A DNA stretch of 64,000 bases from Gammaproteobacteria bacterium (GTDB lineage: Bacteria > Pseudomonadota > Gammaproteobacteria > GCA-001735895), in the NCBI GenBank assembly GCA_050306135.1, contig JBNLGQ010000029.1, positions 128,585-192,584 of the forward strand, written 5' to 3'. The notes under the pieces are model-generated. The model saw nothing but the letters and a program-made list of their open reading frames with translations, did not search any database and was not told the DNA's origin. Positions 29,726 to 39,588 of this stretch are shown in pieces (within the stretch, counting starts at the first letter, position 1; each line of letters starts with the position of its first letter). The translations under genes were made by a program, and so were the position numbers.

Positions 29726-30640
29726 TTACACATTTCGATCCAGTTGCTCCCAGTCGTTTTGATGGATCAGTTTTTGAATTAATTCGACATATTCTGTGCC
29801 TTTCTCGGAATACTTTTCCAGGCCTTTTGCCATCGCTTCCCCAGTGATAGGTTGTTCATTATTACGTAACTGCTGGCGAATACTACGCATCTTGCGGTAG
29901 GCCGCATGGCTGTTCAGGGTTAGCATATAGTACTGGATAGATTCATCGATGTGCTCGAATTTGCGAACGAAGTGTTTTTTCTCCTCATCCCTGTCTTTGG
30001 GTTTCAGGCCCTTGTTCTTATCGAAGGTCCAGATACCGAATAGATTATTTGCCTCACGACTAAAGCGTGACTGCCCCCAGGCTGATTCATTCGCTGCCTG
30101 CGCCAGTGCAAGAGACACGGGTATGATATCAACCTTATCCAGTAACTCTATCCTGCTGTTGATGTCTGTCATAATGTCTCCCTTGACCTTGTACTTTTCC
30201 GCCAGTGTTTTAAGCCACTGCTCATCCTGAGGTTTGAGTTGATAGCCGCGATTGAGCAGGATAAAGGTATTTATAATTCGATAACGTACTGTAACCAGAC
30301 GTTTGTTCTCTTTCTGGATAATGGGTACCAGCTGCTTTACGAACTGGCTTTTGCGATTCTTAGCATCAGGTGCAGTTTTCCCCGGTTTATCAGCGTTTTT
30401 GGGTGCAGCTTTCTGATGCGGGTATTGATAATAATAGTTAGCTGGAGCTGGGTAAGGTTGAGTATAGCCGGAATAAGGGTTGTACTGCGGTATCATCCGG
30501 TTTTGGTAGGAATAAGGTTGGTAATAAGAGTAGTTCCAGTCGGGTCTCCAGCTTTGAGCCTGCAACTTTGAGGCAGATATCAGGCTGATATAGCAGACCA
30601 GTTGTAGGGTGAGTTTAATAGCTTTACTGCTTGTTGGCAT
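29726..30640 (-). CDS. Bax-like glucosaminidase-domain protein
   Basis: LAQAANESAWGQSRF...NNLFGIW and YSEKG..Y motifs; signal peptide. Confidence 0.85.
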   Translation of the reverse strand: MPTSSKAIKLTLQLVCYISLISASKLQAQSWRPDWNYSYYQPYSYQNRMIPQYNPYSGYTQPYPAPANYYYQYPHQKAAPKNADKPGKTAPDAKNRKSQFVKQLVPIIQKENKRLVTVRYRIINTFILLNRGYQLKPQDEQWLKTLAEKYKVKGDIMTDINSRIELLDKVDIIPVSLALAQAANESAWGQSRFSREANNLFGIWTFDKNKGLKPKDRDEEKKHFVRKFEHIDESIQYYMLTLNSHAAYRKMRSIRQQLRNNEQPITGEAMAKGLEKYSEKGTEYVELIQKLIHQNDWEQLDRNV

Positions 30641-30667
30641 AGACTTACTCTGCTTTGCTGTTGATAT

Positions 30668-31732
30668 TTAAGGTTCATGATACCAGCTACCATCCGCATT
30701 AGGCATGATCCAGTTATGACTGTACCAGTGAAAACGACCTTTTTCAGTGGAGGGCATGGTGCAATTTGTTCGATGTCTTCCAGGTTTCAGGTCAAACAGC
30801 GGAGTAACCTCGACGGTATCTTCTACCTCGTTCGACCAGTTCATGGCCACCTTATCACTACCACTGACATAACAGCGTAAACTGCTTTTAGAATAGTGTT
30901 TGGGAGCCAGGGTGAGGGTTAGCGTTGGTCTGTTGTTACCGGGTGTTAATACGGGTTCCGATGGCAGGGCTCGAACCACGGGCAGGGGGAGTGTGTTGAC
31001 CTTGGTAATAAACCCATCCAGATTGGCATACTTGTCAGCCATGGGAAAGCGAGGTAATGCTGAGAAATTGGCATCGGCCCAGGCGGGGCCTGACTGCTGA
31101 CCAAAGCCTGTCAGGCCCAGGTCAGTAATCAATTTAGCCAGTTTATTATTGTATTCACCATACGGCCAGGCAAACAGTTGTGATGCAATACCTGTATGCC
31201 TGGTAATTTGCTGTTGTGATTTTGTGATATCCAGGCGAATGCGTTGTAACCATTGCTGTTCTGATTCATCGGGCTTACGTCGAACCATGTGGGTATGACT
31301 TTTCCCATGGTTTTCAATACTAACGCCATTTTGCGCCATTTCACGTAACTGCTCCCAGCTCATATATAATGTCGATTTATCAGATATCTGGTCGCTACTA
31401 ACGAATACTGTTAATGGCCAGCGATGTTTTTTCACTAAGGGGTAAGCGGTCTGGTAAACAGAAAGGTAGGCATCATCAACAGTCAGGCTGACGCATTTAT
31501 CCGGCAATTCCAGTTGGTGGTTCAACGATAGAACTACATCACGCAATGCCATAACAGCGAAACCATTTTCAGCCAGATAGTTCAGCTGATCGACAAACTG
31601 TGTTTCTTTTATGCTGGTAACAGGCGGGGTTGAATCACTGAAATGATGATACTGAAGGATGACGCAATGATTCGCCCCCAGTGCAATTACTGGCGACAGG
31701 GTTAACATGATCAAAATAAAGTATCGATACAT
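30668..31732 (-). CDS. Polysaccharide deacetylase family protein
   Basis: LTVDDAY, NHGKSH, FAWPYGEY and ALPRFP motifs; signal peptide. Confidence 0.9.
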   Translation of the reverse strand: MYRYFILIMLTLSPVIALGANHCVILQYHHFSDSTPPVTSIKETQFVDQLNYLAENGFAVMALRDVVLSLNHQLELPDKCVSLTVDDAYLSVYQTAYPLVKKHRWPLTVFVSSDQISDKSTLYMSWEQLREMAQNGVSIENHGKSHTHMVRRKPDESEQQWLQRIRLDITKSQQQITRHTGIASQLFAWPYGEYNNKLAKLITDLGLTGFGQQSGPAWADANFSALPRFPMADKYANLDGFITKVNTLPLPVVRALPSEPVLTPGNNRPTLTLTLAPKHYSKSSLRCYVSGSDKVAMNWSNEVEDTVEVTPLFDLKPGRHRTNCTMPSTEKGRFHWYSHNWIMPNADGSWYHEP

Positions 31733-31813
31733 TAAAAGATCACCTTAGTGGGGTTTTAGATTGTTACAGTATGTTAGATTATTAGGCGTTCAGTAACAAA
31801 TACGCAGAATAAC

Positions 31814-32632
31814 ATGACCCAGGTTTTACTTTGCGATAATGGCTCCAAACAGCCTGCAGCCACTCTGGTGTTGCGTAACATAGCACAACAGCTAAGTGCA
31901 ATGACACTACAGTCTGTGGATGCGGTATCGCTACAACACTCAGATAACATTGATGCCAGTTTTTTGAATAAGCAGACAGCGCAAACGCTGCCGGGATATT
32001 TATCACATAAGATACAGCAGGGTGAGCGCGACTTTATCATCCTGCCGCTTTTTTTCGGTAAGAGCCGCGCCTTAACTTCCTTTATTCCTGAACAGGTTAA
32101 TAAACTGCAACAGCAGTATGGTGATTTTACACTCCGGCTGGCAGAGGTTCTATACCCCATGCCGGAGGGGGATGAGGCGTTGGTGCAGATTCTGTATGAC
32201 AATATTCAGCAATATCAAAGACAGCAGTCTGCTGACATTAAACAGGTGGTGTTAGTCGATCATGGATCGCCTGTACCTTCGGTGACTGATGTAAGAAGGT
32301 CTATTGCAAATCAGCTGGTTAAATTACTTGATGATGATATTTCCCTATCTCAGGCAGTAATGGAAAGGCGGCCAGGAAAGGAATACGATTTTAATGGTGA
32401 CTTACTGGAAGACAGTTTAATAGAAATGGCTCAACGAGGTGAGAGCAGGGCGATTGTCAGTATGATGTTTTTATTACCGGGGCGACATGCGGGGAAAGAA
32501 GGTGATGTGAATGAAATCTGTGCACGCGTTATGCAGCGCTACCCTGATTTTAAGGTCTGGATTTCACCGCTTATATCCGAGCATCCTTTGCTGATAGATA
32601 TCCTCAATAGACGATTGCAAAATATTTCCTAA
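31814..32632 (+). CDS. CbiX/SirB-type sirohydrochlorin chelatase family protein (two-domain)
   Basis: SLQHS, LPLFFG, LVDHGSP and FLLPGRHAG motifs. Confidence 0.75.
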   Translation: MTQVLLCDNGSKQPAATLVLRNIAQQLSAMTLQSVDAVSLQHSDNIDASFLNKQTAQTLPGYLSHKIQQGERDFIILPLFFGKSRALTSFIPEQVNKLQQQYGDFTLRLAEVLYPMPEGDEALVQILYDNIQQYQRQQSADIKQVVLVDHGSPVPSVTDVRRSIANQLVKLLDDDISLSQAVMERRPGKEYDFNGDLLEDSLIEMAQRGESRAIVSMMFLLPGRHAGKEGDVNEICARVMQRYPDFKVWISPLISEHPLLIDILNRRLQNIS

Positions 32633-32709
32633 GCTCTGATTCTGGGTTGCAAGCCTATTAATTTTGGAACAGGATTAGGGTTTTTGTGAACGTATCAGGG
32701 AGATTACAC

Positions 32710-34800
32710 ATGCAAAGCCGACTGTCGATTCTAATTACACTATTGATGGTGTTAGCACTGGCTGCCTGCAATCAGGATTCAGAAACCACTAAACCCATCC
32801 AGCAAGTAGCACAGTCTCAGTCTCAGGTTGCACTACGAGCAGTTACTGGCTGCGATGACCTCAAACAGCAGTTTGTCGACAACTGGGTAGAGAACCTGTT
32901 GTCTGCTTACCGTTATCAGCTTGCTGTAGATGACATTGTATTGAGTGCTCCAGCTGAGGCTGATGCTACCAATGCCGTTAGCGCAGAAAGTGATATCACT
33001 CCAGATAATATCAGTCAGACCAATACTCAGGAAGCAGGTGTCGATGAGGCAGATATCGTCAAAACCGACTCTCAGGGGAATCTATATATAGCCCAGCACG
33101 ATAAGCTGGTAATTGCGGATGCCTTTCCTCCACAATCGATGAATATCCTGTCTACTCTGGATCTGGGTGGGTGGACTTCCGGGCTTTATCTGGCAGAAGA
33201 TCAAAATACAGTGGCGCTGCTGGTTTCTCCAAAGGTATTACGCGCAGACCCTGTTATTACGCTAGCAGCTGATCAGGCGATTGCGCCTTATATTAGATCT
33301 ATCCCTCAAACCGATTTGCTGCTTATCGATATAACTGATCCCACTAAGCCAGTAATTGCCCGACGCATTCGCCTTGATGGAAATCTGGTCAGTAGTCGTC
33401 TGATAGGCGACCGGCTGCATCTGATACAGGGCTATTATCTGGCTGGATATAATATGCCTGCTAATGATCAGATACCGGCATTGCAGACGCAATACCGTGA
33501 TGCGTATCTGGCAGACGATGAAACTCTGATGGACAGTATTCGACAGCAGCTCAGGCAACTGGTTGAGGATGGTCTGGAGTTTGATTCGGTGGATGGTCTA
33601 CTGCCTAAAGTCACGATATCTGGCCCGCAAATAAACACCCAAACTCAGGCACTGGATTGTTCAGATGTGTACAGGCCGGATGTTGATTTAACTCAGAACC
33701 ATTTGTTGACGCTTACCAGTATCGATATCAATGGAGATAATCTGCAGCAGGTGGCAGCACTGGGCAGTGGATGGGTAAGCTATGTCAGTCAGCAGGACCT
33801 GTTTATTGTACAGCCGGGTAGTCACTGGTGGTTTGATAGAAATCAACAACAGCAATCTGCCATACACCATTTTTCTATCGGTGATCAAAAGCCATCATAT
33901 GTATCTACGGGTTTGGTAAAAGGATATCCACAGAATTCATTTAACCTGAGCTATTACCAGAATTACCTGCGTATAGCGACAACACAGAATCTATGGAATC
34001 TGGATGATCGTAGCGACATTAGAAGCACCAATCATCTGTATGTGCTGGAAGATAATGCACAACAGGGTATGGATATTGTCTCATCAGTAGAAAATTTTGC
34101 AGACAACGAACGCATATATTCAGCACGGTTTGTGGGTGATAGAGGCTACGTCGTGACTTTTCGTCAGATTGACCCCTTATTTACTTTTGACCTGTCTGAT
34201 CCTCTACACCCCTTTATTGCCGGAGAGTTGAAAATCCCCGGCTTCAGTACCTATATGCATCCAGTTGGTGATACGCATTTACTGACGATCGGTAAAGAGG
34301 AGAATCAAGTTGCAATTAAGCTGTTTGATGTGACTGATCTGTCAGCACCGTTGCTGATCGACAGTTATTTCCCGCAAATGAAAAAAGGATATAGCTGGAG
34401 TCAGGCTGACTGGGATCACCATGCCTTTACCTATTATGAGCCTTTGCAAATGCTGGTTGTACCCTTTGCAAGCTATGGTGGCAGCAGTGGTGATTATTAT
34501 ATGGGTATGCTTGCACTGGATATAGATTTACAGCAGGGCTTAAGCCTGGTAGGGAAGGTAGATCATAATGATTTGGTAAAGCAAACCAGCTGCCAGATTA
34601 CTGAAAATTATTGCAACCCTAATTACTATGGCTGGTTAGCCCAGCCAACACGAAGTATTTTTATGAGCAGTGGCAGTGATAACTATCTGTTTTCACTTTC
34701 TAACATTGGTGTCAAAGCGGTTAATGTTAATGATTTTGCAACCACAGCAGGAAGCTTACTGCTGCCATCTGCAGAATCTTTTTACGGTTTTTATTATTAA
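32710..34800 (+). CDS. Beta-propeller-domain lipoprotein
   Basis: Lipobox LAAC from ATG 32710; TNTQEAGVDEADIVKTD, YLRIATT, ERIYSARF, VTFRQIDPLF and GELKIPGFSTYMHP motifs of the Beta_propel family. Confidence 0.85.
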   Translation: MQSRLSILITLLMVLALAACNQDSETTKPIQQVAQSQSQVALRAVTGCDDLKQQFVDNWVENLLSAYRYQLAVDDIVLSAPAEADATNAVSAESDITPDNISQTNTQEAGVDEADIVKTDSQGNLYIAQHDKLVIADAFPPQSMNILSTLDLGGWTSGLYLAEDQNTVALLVSPKVLRADPVITLAADQAIAPYIRSIPQTDLLLIDITDPTKPVIARRIRLDGNLVSSRLIGDRLHLIQGYYLAGYNMPANDQIPALQTQYRDAYLADDETLMDSIRQQLRQLVEDGLEFDSVDGLLPKVTISGPQINTQTQALDCSDVYRPDVDLTQNHLLTLTSIDINGDNLQQVAALGSGWVSYVSQQDLFIVQPGSHWWFDRNQQQQSAIHHFSIGDQKPSYVSTGLVKGYPQNSFNLSYYQNYLRIATTQNLWNLDDRSDIRSTNHLYVLEDNAQQGMDIVSSVENFADNERIYSARFVGDRGYVVTFRQIDPLFTFDLSDPLHPFIAGELKIPGFSTYMHPVGDTHLLTIGKEENQVAIKLFDVTDLSAPLLIDSYFPQMKKGYSWSQADWDHHAFTYYEPLQMLVVPFASYGGSSGDYYMGMLALDIDLQQGLSLVGKVDHNDLVKQTSCQITENYCNPNYYGWLAQPTRSIFMSSGSDNYLFSLSNIGVKAVNVNDFATTAGSLLLPSAESFYGFYY

Positions 34801-35006
34801 GGAAGCTCAGAATAATTTATCCATGAATGATTAGAGCAAGAAAAACGGAATTATGATTTTCTTTTTTTCTCACAAAAACAATGGCTTGTAGCCATCGATT
34901 TTGGCGGCACATCACTGTGCCGCAGGAATCTCTGAATTAATAAGGAGGTTCCTTAAATGGTAATGGCTATTAATTTTACCTCACCAACAGCCTTTTGAAC
35001 GGCTTG

Positions 35007-35567
35007 TTAAATATCATTCATCTCTATCAATGCAATAATCTGCCCGACAGTATCTTCTACCGATTGATCATTGTTGATGTAGATACAGTTATCCATCTTC
35101 ATGGATTCCAGTTCACGGTTACGCTGGATGCGTAATTCGATTTCTTCTGCTGTTTCTCGACCACGCTGAGTTAGTCTTTCGCGCAGAATGTCCTCTGATA
35201 CGGTTATCCAGATAGGAGTCGTTTTGGCATAGATATTTAGGGCTTTGGGAAGGTATCTGCGTGATCCATTCACAATCACATTCTGCCCCTGTTTGACCCA
35301 TTTTCGGGCTTCTTTGCCTATCGCATACTGAAAGCCATGAGATTCCCAGTCGAACAGAAATAGCCCTGCTTCCTTGCGCTGATTAAAGTCAAACTCACTG
35401 AGTGAAATATGGTTTTCATCACCTTCGCGTACAGGTCTCGTGATATAGCGATGAGCGACCAGCGGCTGGTTGTCAGAATATTGATGCTGCTTCAGGTGGT
35501 TGAGCAACGTATCTTTACCGACGCCTGAAGGACCGACCAGAAAAAATAATCTTGCTGAGTGAGACAT
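35007..35567 (-). CDS. phnN: Ribose 1,5-bisphosphate phosphokinase
   Basis: VGPSGVGKDTL, AHRYITRP, W.SHG..Y, VNGSR and RL..RGRE motifs. Confidence 0.88.
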   Translation of the reverse strand: MSHSARLFFLVGPSGVGKDTLLNHLKQHQYSDNQPLVAHRYITRPVREGDENHISLSEFDFNQRKEAGLFLFDWESHGFQYAIGKEARKWVKQGQNVIVNGSRRYLPKALNIYAKTTPIWITVSEDILRERLTQRGRETAEEIELRIQRNRELESMKMDNCIYINNDQSVEDTVGQIIALIEMNDI

Positions 35568-35727
35568 AGAGTAATTACCGCTTGTATTTTGTTGTTTTTA
35601 ATTACTAAGATTGATCTTAGAGTGGTGATTATTGAGGAGGTTCATTATAGTCTGGATGCATTATTTTAGGGCATTTATATGACAATTTGATTAAAAAAGT
35701 TGCACTGTGCAACCGCGCAGTTCAAAC

Positions 35728-35791
35728 TATGGCCTGTTAACACTTGTTGATTGCCACAACAGAGACAATCAACAAGTGTTAACAGGTCCTA
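35728..35791. mobile_element. 64-bp TA-flanked hairpin, MITE-like (family B)
   Basis: 26-bp arms tatggcctgttaacacttgttgattg / caatcaacaagtgttaacaggtccta (2 mismatches) around a 12-nt loop. Confidence 0.65.
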
Positions 35792-35816
35792 AAAAAAATT
35801 AAAAACGTAACGATCC

Positions 35817-36584
35817 TTGAATTCAGCTGCTATTTCAATTACCGATCTGCATAAATCATTTGGCGAGATTGAAGTATTAAAAGGGGTTTCTCTAAATGCC
35901 CATAATGGGGATGTAGTCTCTATTCTGGGTAGTAGTGGCTCTGGCAAAAGCACCTTGCTACGTTGTATCAACCTGCTAGAAATCCCCACTTCCGGTAAAA
36001 TCTCTATCGATGGCGAAAGCCTCAATCTGATTACCAATAAACGGGGTGAGGTTGTGCCGGCTGATATGCGCCAGATAGCCCGTATCCGTGCACGATTATC
36101 GATGGTTTTTCAAAGCTTTAATCTATGGGCTCATATGACGATTCTCGAAAATATCATTGAAGCCCCTGTTCACGTATTGAAAAAAGACAAGAAACAGGCC
36201 ATCGATGAAGCCCGAGTCTTACTCGAAAAAGTCGGTATTTCTCAAAAAGCCGATGCCTATCCAGCCGAGCTTTCCGGTGGCCAGCAGCAAAGGGTTGCAA
36301 TTGCCAGGGCCCTGGCAATGGAGCCTGAGGCTATGCTGTTTGATGAACCAACATCTGCGCTAGACCCTGAGTTGGTCAATGAAGTGCTATTGGTGATGCG
36401 ACAACTGGCCGAGGAAGGCCGAACCATGATTGTGGTGACTCACGAAATGGGGTTTGCGCGTGAGGTATCGGATAATGTGATTTTTCTGCATAATGGAAAA
36501 ATCGAAGAGCAGGGCGTCCCTGACCAGGTTTTCAATAACCCAACCTCAGAACGATTTAAGCAATTTCTATCCAGTGGCTTGTGA
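35817..36584 (+). CDS. Polar amino-acid ABC transporter ATP-binding protein (HisP/AotP-like)
   Basis: [25 protein letters not shown] and [11 protein letters not shown] motifs; TTG start. Confidence 0.93.
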   Translation: MNSAAISITDLHKSFGEIEVLKGVSLNAHNGDVVSILGSSGSGKSTLLRCINLLEIPTSGKISIDGESLNLITNKRGEVVPADMRQIARIRARLSMVFQSFNLWAHMTILENIIEAPVHVLKKDKKQAIDEARVLLEKVGISQKADAYPAELSGGQQQRVAIARALAMEPEAMLFDEPTSALDPELVNEVLLVMRQLAEEGRTMIVVTHEMGFAREVSDNVIFLHNGKIEEQGVPDQVFNNPTSERFKQFLSSGL

Positions 36585-36617
36585 TCGTTCAAATAATCAA
36601 CTAACAGGAGAATATCA

Positions 36618-37367
36618 ATGAAATTTAAAGTTACCCTGGCGACCTTACTATTGGGTATGTTAACAGTCGGTTCTGCACAGGCTGAGAAAATCCGTATTGC
36701 AACAGAAGGCGCCTATCCTCCATTTAATATGAAGGATACCAGTGGTCAACTAGCTGGCTTTGATGTGGATATCGCCAAAGCCTTATGTGCCGAAATGAAG
36801 GCAGATTGTGAGATCGTCGCACAGGATTGGGACGGTATTATTCCCGGCCTGCTGGCAAAAAAATACGATGCGATTATTGCCAGTATGTCCATCACTGCTG
36901 AGCGTAAGCAAAAGGTATCTTTCACAGATCCCTATTATTCGAATTACCTGCGTTTTATAGCCAAAAAGAACAGTGGCCTGACCGCTACTAAACTGGGCTT
37001 GAATGGCAAAACTCTGGGCGCTCAGCGAGCCACTATCAGTGGGCAGAATCTGGAAGATAATTATCGTAAAACCTCTAATATAAAGGTTTATGATACTCAG
37101 GAAGCTGCGTTTCTTGATTTGAAATCAGGTCGTCTGGATGCGGTACTGGTTGATGCCTACCCTGGTTATGACTGGTTAAGCAAAGCTGAAAACAGTGGTT
37201 TTGATTTCCTGGGAGAGAGTATTGATATCAACGACAAGATAGGTATTGCTGTGCGTAAAGGCGATAAAGCACTGGCCGGAAAATTTAACAAAGCCTTACA
37301 GGCGCTGTTGAAAAATGGCATGTATAGCAAAATCAACAGCAAATACTTTCCTTTCAGTATCTATTAA
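36618..37367 (+). CDS. Polar amino-acid ABC transporter substrate-binding protein (HisJ/ArgT-like)
   Basis: Signal peptide; IATEGAYPPFN, GFDVDIA and WDGIIPGL motifs. Confidence 0.93.
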   Translation: MKFKVTLATLLLGMLTVGSAQAEKIRIATEGAYPPFNMKDTSGQLAGFDVDIAKALCAEMKADCEIVAQDWDGIIPGLLAKKYDAIIASMSITAERKQKVSFTDPYYSNYLRFIAKKNSGLTATKLGLNGKTLGAQRATISGQNLEDNYRKTSNIKVYDTQEAAFLDLKSGRLDAVLVDAYPGYDWLSKAENSGFDFLGESIDINDKIGIAVRKGDKALAGKFNKALQALLKNGMYSKINSKYFPFSIY

Positions 37368-37372
37368 ACATA

Positions 37373-37401
37373 AAAGGCCGGGGTAAAAAGCTCCGGCCTT
37401 T
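37373..37401 (+). terminator. Intra-operon stem-loop after the binding-protein gene
   Basis: aaaggccgg-N11-ccggccttt between the SBP and permease genes. Confidence 0.6.
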
Positions 37402-37408
37402 GTAGTTT

Positions 37409-38110
37409 ATGTTTGAATACCTCAGTTTTGGCGATAGTGGTTTTGGCGATGAAATTCTCGCCGGTGCATGGCTAACATTACAACTGGCTGTAGTCTCATT
37501 AGTGATTGGCATCCTGCTTGGTTTGCTGGTTGCTAGCGGTAAATTATCCAAATATCGAATCGCCAGGGCTCTAGCACATTTATACACCGAAGTCGTACGA
37601 GGCATACCAGAAATGCTGGTCGTGCTGGTGGTATTCTTTGGTGCATCCTTCCTGATACAAACCATGGCTGCATGGTTTAATTATGATGAATATATAGAGG
37701 TTAATGCCTTTGTCGCAGGTGTATTTGCGCTGGGGATTGTATTCGGCGCTTTTTCCAGTGAGGTTTTTCGCGGTGCTTTTCTGGCAGTCCCCAAAGGACA
37801 GATTGAGGCAGCGATAGCCTGTGGTATGTCACCCTGGCAGGTGTTTCACCGTATTCGCATGCCGCAGATGTGGCGCTACGCCTTACCGGGCCTGGGTAAT
37901 CTATGGATGGTGCTACTGAAAGATACTTCTCTAATTTCTATAATTGCTCTGGACGAGTTACTACGCTGGTCCAAGGTGGCAGCGGAAACTACCAAGCAAC
38001 CTTTTACTTTTTATATTACTGCGGCCGTCATCTATTTATTGTTTACCATGGTTTCGGATGTCATTCGCCATCGCTTTGAAGTGCGCGCCAACCGGGGTGT
38101 GCTGAAATGA
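37409..38110 (+). CDS. Amino-acid ABC transporter permease (HisQ-like)
   Basis: RGIPE and EAA loop GQIEAAIACGMS motifs. Confidence 0.92.
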   Translation: MFEYLSFGDSGFGDEILAGAWLTLQLAVVSLVIGILLGLLVASGKLSKYRIARALAHLYTEVVRGIPEMLVVLVVFFGASFLIQTMAAWFNYDEYIEVNAFVAGVFALGIVFGAFSSEVFRGAFLAVPKGQIEAAIACGMSPWQVFHRIRMPQMWRYALPGLGNLWMVLLKDTSLISIIALDELLRWSKVAAETTKQPFTFYITAAVIYLLFTMVSDVIRHRFEVRANRGVLK

Positions 38111-38790
38111 GTTTTGATCTGATCAGTAAATATGGAGACCGTTTTTGGGATGGCACGCTCATCTCGTTAAAACTGGTTATCCTGTCTTCGATTATTGGAC
38201 TGGTATTGGCTTTTGCGCTGGCGATGGCGCGTACCTCAAAACAGCGTCGCTACTGGATTCCCGCTTATAGTTATATCTACTTTTTTCGCGGTACTCCTTT
38301 ATTGATTCAGTTATTTATACTGTACTACGGCTTAGGACAGTTTGAGTGGGTGCGCAGCAGTTTTCTCTGGCCTGTTCTGGGCGATGCTGAGTGGTGTGGT
38401 TTGATCGGCTTAAGCTTGAATACCTCCGCTTATACCGCAGAAATTCTGCGCGGTGGAATCAGGGCCGTTCCTAGAGGAGAGGTAGAAGCCGCGCGCTCAT
38501 TAGGTATGAGCAGCTGGCTATTGAATAAACGTATTGTATTGCCTCGAGCCATACGCATCGCCTGGCCTGCCTATGGCAATGAAGTGATTTTATTACTCAA
38601 GGGAAGCGCGCTGGTCAGTACTATCTCGGTGTGGGATTTGATGGGTGAAACGAGATCGATTTTTTCACGCACCTATGCGCTGGAGATTTTTGTGTACGCA
38701 GCCATTATCTATTTTGTATTGACCTTTGTGCTGACACGCGTTTTTAGATTGATAGAAAAAAGAATTAATCGTTATCTGGTAGGTGCTTAA
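38107..38790 (+). CDS. Amino-acid ABC transporter permease (HisM-like)
   Basis: FRGTPLLIQ and GEVEAARSLGMS motifs. Confidence 0.92.
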   Translation: MSFDLISKYGDRFWDGTLISLKLVILSSIIGLVLAFALAMARTSKQRRYWIPAYSYIYFFRGTPLLIQLFILYYGLGQFEWVRSSFLWPVLGDAEWCGLIGLSLNTSAYTAEILRGGIRAVPRGEVEAARSLGMSSWLLNKRIVLPRAIRIAWPAYGNEVILLLKGSALVSTISVWDLMGETRSIFSRTYALEIFVYAAIIYFVLTFVLTRVFRLIEKRINRYLVGA

Positions 38791-38864
38791 GTGTCACCCT
38801 GGCCATGCTTTTTGATGTTTTGTGTAATTGATAGATAGTTATTTTATTACTGAGAAGTAGAACG

Positions 38865-39356
38865 ATGCCCTTATCTGCTGTGCCGTTTGAACAAATAAAG
38901 TCTGAAGTTAATGCGGATATGCTAAAAAACGGCTCTATCTTTGGCGCGTTATCAGGTGAGTCGATAAATTATCTGTTAAATCAGGGGGAGATATACCGGG
39001 TCGAGACCGGAGACAGGATTTTTGAATATGGAGATAAAGGCGAGAATTTCTATATTGTCTGCAAAGGCTCCATCGACTTTCATAAACAGTATAGAGGTGA
39101 ATGTGTACACACACGGACGGCAGGATTTGGTGAGGAGTTAGGTTTTGTCGCAATGATTGCGCTACATGATCACACAGGGTTCGCCGAAGCCAGTGAAGAT
39201 AGTGTGGTGTTAAAAATCTCTTCCTTATTGTTCAGAGCTTTGCATAAGGAATACCCCTTTGACTTTGGTATCATGAGCTTGAATCTGGCCCGAGATATGG
39301 CCAGAACTATTCGTAAACTGAATGATACACTGGTGGAAAATTCTATTACTTATTAG
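38865..39356 (+). CDS. Stand-alone cyclic nucleotide-binding domain protein
   Basis: IFEYGDKGENFYIV..G and GEELGFVAM cNMP-fold motifs; no HTH. Confidence 0.75.
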   Translation: MPLSAVPFEQIKSEVNADMLKNGSIFGALSGESINYLLNQGEIYRVETGDRIFEYGDKGENFYIVCKGSIDFHKQYRGECVHTRTAGFGEELGFVAMIALHDHTGFAEASEDSVVLKISSLLFRALHKEYPFDFGIMSLNLARDMARTIRKLNDTLVENSITY

Positions 39357-39421
39357 GGCCTGTTAACAGCAGTCAACCAGCTCTAAGCTGTATCAGCTAT
39401 CTTTGATGTTTCGAATAAATC

Positions 39422-39449
39422 TGTAAGTTTTCCTTTTCTGTAACGACTA
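39422..39449 (+). promoter_or_regulatory. Candidate ECF promoter TGTAAG-N16-CGACTA upstream of the sigma gene
   Basis: Both hexamers recur exactly at 40447-40475. Confidence 0.7.
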
Positions 39450-39588
39450 ATTTAGAAATCAATATTTCGTATATAGGTTTATAGGAATAGTAATGCTGTT
39501 ATCTGGGTGATGAAATAAAGACTCTGGCTAAAAATCCCAGACATCACTATAGTTTCATGAAGATAAAACATGGATCAGAGCGTATTTA

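Noticed and set aside
34904-34923. GCGGCAC-N6-GTGCCGC hairpin between convergent genes
   Set aside because: Short and without a U-tract; cannot distinguish terminator, operator or chance
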